This document shows positions 57,560-64,000 of a stretch of 64,000 nt of DNA, piece after piece. The first letter of the stretch is position 1. The number at the start of each line of letters is the position of its first letter. Below the pieces are notes generated by a model. That model saw nothing but the letters and a program-made list of their open reading frames with translations, had not been told where the DNA came from and did no database searches. Position numbers and translations under genes: made by a program. The stretch is taken from contig NIVC01002427.1 of the NCBI GenBank assembly GCA_002269645.1, forward strand, positions 1 through 64,000, given 5' to 3'. The DNA comes from Macrostomum lignano (Eukaryota).

Positions 57560-60500
57560 ACAGGAGACAACTTAAATAGGCATCAGCATGAATCAGTTAG
57601 CAGCAATTTGACTAGAGTATGTTTTTTCACTTCAGTTCTCAATAACAAGAAAAAAAATCTGCTTCAAAGCTGTTTCCAATAATCAGTGAATAAAACGCTA
57701 TTCTATGATGAAAATCTCCTTATAGCTCTCCTGTGTTCGGGGACATGGGGGTCGAAGTGAGGCTAACAAAAGGTTAGAATTTTTTTAGCAGATGACTCAT
57801 CGGAACTAAGCAGAGGAAATAAAACGGTGACAAGAGACACTTGAAGAAATTTGGTTGACTGAATAACTGATTACATAATAACATGACTATGTTAGGAATC
57901 CATTCTATTGATTGAATCTTGCACATCTAATTCACTAGACTAGATATTGAGACTCTTACCCAAAGCTTGCATACAATTTTAACAAAAGCTCGCCAATCTA
58001 TCTCTCACCCTATCTTAGAATTGTCAATCAATTGATTAGTGACCCCAGCTTGCTTTAGATTTGATCTGTGATAACCTTAGCGGTATCATCAGCTTCTAGT
58101 CTAGTCTAGCAGTTAAAACCTGCCAAACAAATATAGGAACCTGTACAACATGTAAGAACCTGTCCAACAGGTAAGAACCTGTCTAACAGGTAAGAGCCTG
58201 TCTAAAAGGTTACAGGTAAGAACCTGTCTAACAGGTAAGAACCTGTCTAACAGGTAAGAACCTGTCTAACAGGTAAGAACCTGTCTAACAGGTAAGAACC
58301 TGTCTAACAGGTAAGAACCTGTCTAACAGGTAAGAACCTGTCTAACAGGTAAGAACCTGTCTAACAGGTAAGAACCTGTCTAACAGGTAAGAACCTGTCT
58401 AACAGGTAAGAACCTGTCTAACAGGTAAGAACCTGTCTAACAGGTAAGAGCCTGTCCAACAGGTAAGGACCTATCTAACAGTTATAAGAGCCTGTCTAAT
58501 AGGTAAGAACCTTTTTAACAGATATAGGAACCTGTCTCACAAAAAAGCTGTCTAACAGATATAAAGGTTGTCTCAACAGGTAAGAACCTGCAAAACAGAT
58601 ATAAATAGTCTGTCTAATAGGTAAAAACCTGTCTAACAGTTATAAGAGCCAGTCTAACAAATATAAGAGCTTGTCTAATAGGTAAAAACTTATATAATGC
58701 GTATAAGAGCTTCTCTAATAGGTTAAAAACCTATCTAACAGGTATAAAAGCCTGTCTATTAGGCAAAAACCAACAAATAAGAACAAATAAGAACTTATCA
58801 AACAAATAAGAACATATCTAAAGATATGCATGGCTTCTTTTTGATCAAAATGTGCAGGGCCCCTCCAGATTTCTTTATAAAATAGTCACCATTTAGTCAA
58901 TTTAAATTGACGCCAAAACTGAGAAACATATTTTGTTTTAATACTTGTATTTTCTATAATATTTTACGCAAACTAATTTTTGTTTAAACTAGCAGTAAAT
59001 TTTAGGATAAATAGAAGCGTTTTCGGCAGAGGAGAGACCAACCACGCGCATTGCCATTCACTAATGAAATAGCTATAGCAAAGAATAAGAGTTCCAAGAA
59101 AATAAGAATTGAAGAATTGTTTTCTGTGTTAATTCCTTTTAAGAAGTAAGATTGAAATAGACTGAAGAGTATACATTACATACTATTGAGAAGCAGCAAT
59201 ATTGAGTAGTAAGAGAATATGAAGTAGATCTGAAGTGATACGTGTAAGAATAACCGGAGGCTATGACCCTCTGATCTCAATAACGCCCAAGGACTTGCAA
59301 AGTATATGGAATACATATACCAGTATAGCCAATAGAACACTCAGGCCAAAAGTACAGTAAACACTACTGGAATCAGAATAAACGCTACTAGAATAACAGA
59401 GGAATAAAATCTTTAAGGGCTAATAGTTTTCTAAGAATAATACTCAGACTAAATACTCAGACTAAATACTCAGATATATACTCAGACCCATTCTAAGAAA
59501 CATTTCTTGGATTATTCCAAGATTGATAAATTCATAATTTATTAATAGGATAATCATGGTGGCAGCTACCAACATTTATAAAACAGGAGTTTAGCCCTTT
59601 GACAACTTAGTGACAGCTGTGAAATCATTTGAAAAGACAGAAGAAACACACCTGTGACAACTTGGTGGCAGCTAGTAAGGCTAAACAAAAGAATAATTAA
59701 GAGCCCTGGGACAAAGATTTTGCTTTTTTACATATATAGAGACTATACAAAACTTGAACTTGGTCAGTAACGTAACCAGAAATTTGTTAAAGGAAGGGGC
59801 AGATTCTAGAGAATAAGACCTAAGGTGGTAGAAGAAATAGCTCTATATCTAAGTAAAATTCACTTGGTTCCCCCTTTAATTTCTTTGGTTTTTTCCTAAG
59901 GGAAAAGCAACTATCCTCAACCTCCAGTTGAATGACTGAATTTGGTCCTACCTCCTACCTATCTATTATCTTAGCAATCTCTATTCTATATTTTGCCAAA
60001 CATTTCTATATGCTGAAATTCTATCTATGGCATATATGTAACTATACTATCTCGTTTAAGTCTAGTTTAAGCCTAAGATTAAGAAGAATCATAATTAAAA
60101 TTTAATAATTTTAAGTATAGATTGCAAAAAAGCCAAAAATAATTATTCTTGTGTAATTTATGATATAAAAATATGCCAATAGGCAATGACTATGTTTATG
60201 ATATCTAAAAAACAGTAAAATTAGTAATAGAACTTTAAACTAAAGACAAAAATTTATCATTTTTTGATATATATAGATAGACCTTATTAATATTAGTCAT
60301 TAGTTTGCCTTTTTAAATGGTTCCAAAGTTGATAAAATTAAATTGAAAATAAATAGCTAGGCATAGGGCCTATCTCTAAAAATATAAATTATTTGATTGA
60401 TAGAAATTTTAATAGGCATATCTAGCACCATTTTATTAAGAATGTATTTTTTTATTTTAAAACAAAATTTGTTTAAAAAATTCAGTATTCATATTTGCAA

Positions 60501-60700
60501 TTATTGCCCTTGGCTTGGCCTATGTTGTTTTAAGAAGAGTAATTTTAAGAATAGGCCCTACTGCACCCACTATTGGTCACTAACACTATCTCTGAACCTG
60601 AAGTAGACATAATAGGATTAGGATTAGGCGATACTCAGCGATAGGCCTAGTTTATTATTTTTTCTTTTGTGCAAAAGCCAGAATTATAAGCTAATTGATG
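57560..60700. other. CpG-depleted block, probably old TE debris (family not identified)
   Basis: Composition matches the decayed MULE and Penelope blocks; no diagnostic protein motif was read. Confidence 0.35.
58140..58460. repeat. 19-bp palindromic minisatellite (AACAGGTAAGAACCTGTCT), degenerating to about 58800
   Basis: Tandem units. Confidence 0.95.
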
Positions 60701-61051
60701 CTGCTCTGATACTATGATAGAAAGAAAGATGCTCGCATGTTTAGTAATAGTCTATATATATATCGATAAGAGTATGTATATATACGATAAGAGTATGACC
60801 TTCATTGCTATTTCGTATTTTGCAATAATTGCGTTCTTTAAAAATTCAACTTGTAACTTAAATTTCTATATATAAGGTACGTAAAATGATCATTTATCAA
60901 TTGCAACAATCAAGTCTGTTTTTACTTAAAATGAAGGCACTATTTTTCAAAAAAACTGTTAAAAATTTAAGTTACACTGCTATGAGCGAATTTTAAGGGC
61001 ACACTGTCCTCTGGTCTCAGGATTAAGTGGATAGTTTTTCGGCCTTTTAAA

Positions 61052-61381
61052 TATGTACTCTAAAAAATTCAATGTGTAAACAAACAAATAATCGAATGAT
61101 CCGAACTTCCGGAATTATACTTTATTTAATTATAATTATAAAAAGCGCCTGCGTAGATAGTTAGAAGAATATATATTGGGCGCTCTTCATAGAAATTGCT
61201 ATGCCTGGGCTTTATGTATGTACTCTAAAAAATTCAATGTGTAAACAAACAAATAATCGAATGATCCGAACTTCCGGAATTATACTTTATTTAATTATAA
61301 TTATAAAAAGCGCCTGCGTAGATAGTTAGAAGAATATATATTGGGCGCTCTTCATAGAAATTGCTATGCCTGGGCTTTATG
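61052..61381. repeat. Perfect 165-bp tandem duplication
   Basis: 61052-61216 is identical to 61217-61381 by eye; each unit starts and ends with TATG. Confidence 0.9.
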
Positions 61382-61559
61382 ACCCAGCTATTCTGAGCAC
61401 CGAAAGTCGGCTATTTCAGGATTAATGGGCACAACACGAGCTACATATAAATGGGAAAGCAAAAATGCATTGTACTAAATACTAATTCTCAGTGGACCAG
61501 CAGCGGCTTTATTCCGGCCTAGTTTTACTGCAGATAAAAAAAATGGGTGTCCAAAAGTA

Positions 61560-62008
61560 TGCCTGATGTATAGGGTCCTGCTTCCTGACAAACCGACTCG
61601 GCCACGCGGCCTTCTCCGTAGGCGACCGACGGTTGCACGTCGCCTGCATCTACGCCCCCACTGCCCCAGGACCAGCGAGGACCCCGCCGAGACTGAAGAC
61701 CTGTATGACAGACTTGGCCACCTCCTGGACTCAATCCGGGCTCGCGACCTTATATGTTTGAGGCTGGAGACTTCATGCAATGCGCCCCTGCCCGCCGATG
61801 GCCGCCTGGTGAAGAACTGTGGCGTGCCCAACGCCAACTCCGCCCTCCTGGTGACCTTCATCCAGTCTAGGAACCTCGTCGGAGTGAATGGCTCTTTACG
61901 GCAGCGGCTCGCGAAGCTTCCAACTTTCTTCCGCTCAAACGGCAGAACGACAAGGCTGGACTGAATCCTCTGCCCTTTCCAATTGCGTTCTAGGTGTGCA
62001 GATTGATC
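61560..62008 (+). mobile_element. Degraded LINE fragment encoding an AP-endonuclease
   Basis: VACIYAPTA, frameshifted GDF-NA and PTFFRSNGRTTRLD*ILCP are APE motifs, with frameshifts and a stop. Confidence 0.75.
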
Positions 62009-63975
62009 TACAGTGCAGCTGTCCGCACTGCCGCTGAACAGTCGGTGCCGCTAATGCGGATGAGGATGGAGGATGAGGAGGTCAGACAGGCGGCAGACAA
62101 CGTGAAGAGCATCCGTCTGAGTGGCCAGCCAGCGTACGATGCAGAGGGAGGCCCTGGCTACTAGGAGCGGCAGCTCGCCGCCGTTGACGACGCCATTCGA
62201 GCCGTCTCTGCTGCAGGCCCTGACGCAAGGAGCCGCGTGGCCTGGTCCACCATCAACACCCTGACGGGGCGCAAGCAGCGGGCGGCGCTCAACCTGGCAG
62301 GCGACACCCCGGACGAGCGTAAGAACAGTCTGCGCACGTTCTTCGCCGCCATCGTCAATGCACCGCCGCCGCCCACGCTGCCAGCTGATCTGCAACTGCC
62401 GCCTGAAACACCAGTGCCAACGGTGGAGCAGTTCAACACCAGTCCAGTCACCCCTGCCGATGTTGTGACCCTCGCCTTTAAGACCCCGGGTGGCAGGGCG
62501 CTGGGTCCAGACGAAGTGCCAATCGAGGCGCTGCGCATCAACTGCGTGGCCACTGAGGTCACCCGTGTGATCAACAGCGTGCTTGCCGGAGGTCCAGCAC
62601 CTACTGAATGGACCATGGCACACATCGTCGGCATACCAAAGAAGCCTGGCACCACCAAGCTGGAGGAACATCGAGGCATCTGCCTAATGTCCATCGCCGC
62701 GAAGCTGTTCAACCGGCTCCTGCTTACCCGGTTGCAGCCCGTGCTGGATCCCTACCTGCGGACCGAGCAGAATGGGTTCCGGCCTAGACGCGGCACTGTT
62801 ACGCAGATCCTGGTCCTTCGGCGAGTCATCGAGGAGGCGCGCACGCGCCAGTCAAGCCTGATTGTGGTCTTCGTCGACTTCAGGAAGGCTTTCGACTCGG
62901 TTGCCAGAAGCGCGCTTCCACTGGTGCTCAGAGCGTACAACGTGCCGCAGCAACTGGTCAGTGCTACGATGGCGCTGTACCAGAACACCAGAGCTGCGGT
63001 GGTGACGCCAGACGGCCTCTCGGACACCTTCGACACGTCATCCGGAGTGCTCCAGGGGGACACGCTGGCGCCCTTCCTGTTTGTACTGGTTCTGGACTGG
63101 GTGCTGCGGACTGCCCTACCAACAGCCGACGATGGCTTCCTCCTGCAACGCCGTGTGGGCCGCCGCCAGCCAGAGCGTCGCCTCAGCATCCTGGGCTACG
63201 CCGATGATCTCGCCCTGCTGTCCTCAACCGTCGAGGGCGCCCAACGTCAGCTGGACCGTCTGGTTGGCGTTGCTGCGAGCGTCGGTCTGGTGATCAACAC
63301 GCAAAAGACCGTCGTGCTCACCATGCCCACCAACATCCAAGCCGACATCTACTGCCGAGGCGCTGATGGGCAAACAACGCTGCTGCCGCGCGTTCAGCAG
63401 TTCGTGTACCTCGGCGGCCTGGTACCTGACGCCTTCGACGACCTGAGGCGTCGCCGTGGACTCGCTTGGGCGGCCTTCAACTCCATGAGGACCGTCCTGC
63501 ACTCTGCGGCCCTCCCAGACCGCCAGCGCTCGGCGTTGTTCCAGGCGGTGATCGAGACCGTCCTGCTCTACAACGCTGAAACATGGACGCTGACGGAGAC
63601 GCTCGAGCGACAGGTCGAGCCTTCAAGATCGGCGGCGGCGAGCATGTCACCAACGCGGCGCTGTACGCCCGAGCTCGCCTGGCCCGCCCCAGCGATCTGC
63701 TCCGCCGCCGGCGGCTCCAGCTGGCAGGCCACCTCATCCGCGCTGAGGTGTACTGCCCCGAGCCGGCGCAGGAGACGCTGCTGCTTGCGCTACCGGCGCC
63801 CTTCCGGCGGGGGCAGGCGCGCACTCGGCGGTATCCGGACTGCCTGCTGCCCGATGCTGGCGCCCCCGACCAGGCCGGTGGACCGGCCTTTCTCCGCTCC
63901 CGTGCTCTGAGGTGCGACCTGTGACGTCCAACATCGACCCTGGGGCGTAACTTGTTGTTGTTTTTGTTGTTGGTG
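62009..63975 (+). mobile_element. 5'-truncated RTE-like non-LTR retrotransposon with reverse transcriptase
   Basis: RT motifs HIVGIPKKPG, HRGICLMSIAAKLF, QNGFR, FVDFRKAFDSV, GVLQGDTLAPFLF, YADDLAL and FVYLG. Frameshift near 63615. (TTG)n tail at about 63951-63975. 18-bp direct repeats at 61991-62008 and 63976-63993. Confidence 0.9.
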
Positions 63976-64000
63976 TAGGTGTGCAGATTGATCACCGTCC

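Noticed and set aside
59550-60050. LTR retrotransposon PBS/LTR-like motifs (TGGTGGCAGC twice, TGTAAC)
   Set aside because: There is no paired LTR, TSD or gag/pol motif; the region is too decayed to classify.

Overview
This is eukaryotic (metazoan) genomic DNA. GC-rich, CpG-rich exons sit among minisatellite-filled introns. That style suggests a free-living flatworm such as Macrostomum, which is an inference from sequence style only. Exons were reconstructed by hand using GT-AG phase checks. Plus-strand genes: 3' exons of a Crypton-type tyrosine-recombinase (DUF3504-like) gene, an intronless orphan ORF (458 aa), CCDC51/MITOK, BRF1 (TFIIIB90, 7 exons), RER1 (4 exons), PIK3R4/VPS15 (13 exons) and GKAP1-like (3 exons). 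Minus-strand genes: a small ANAPC16-like candidate and an HR96/DAF-12-like (NR1J) nuclear receptor (6 coding exons). Mobile DNA: a decayed MULE transposase, a decayed Penelope element, two tRNA-derived SINEs (one with a MIR/CORE-like domain), two hAT-type MITEs with 8-bp TSDs, a MITE nested in the Penelope, and an RTE-like LINE apparently inserted into another LINE copy with an 18-bp TSD. About 30 tandem arrays are present, and most long ORFs in the supplied track that cover them are artefacts. The main observations are: (1) nearly every intron carries its own minisatellite; (2) one 28-bp family recurs at three gene loci and two copies share a rare variant block; (3) old TE blocks are sharply CpG-depleted; (4) the Penelope end is a minimal hammerhead ribozyme whose four departures from the canonical fold are all CpG deaminations. 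There are no CRISPR arrays, rRNA or clear true tRNA genes.
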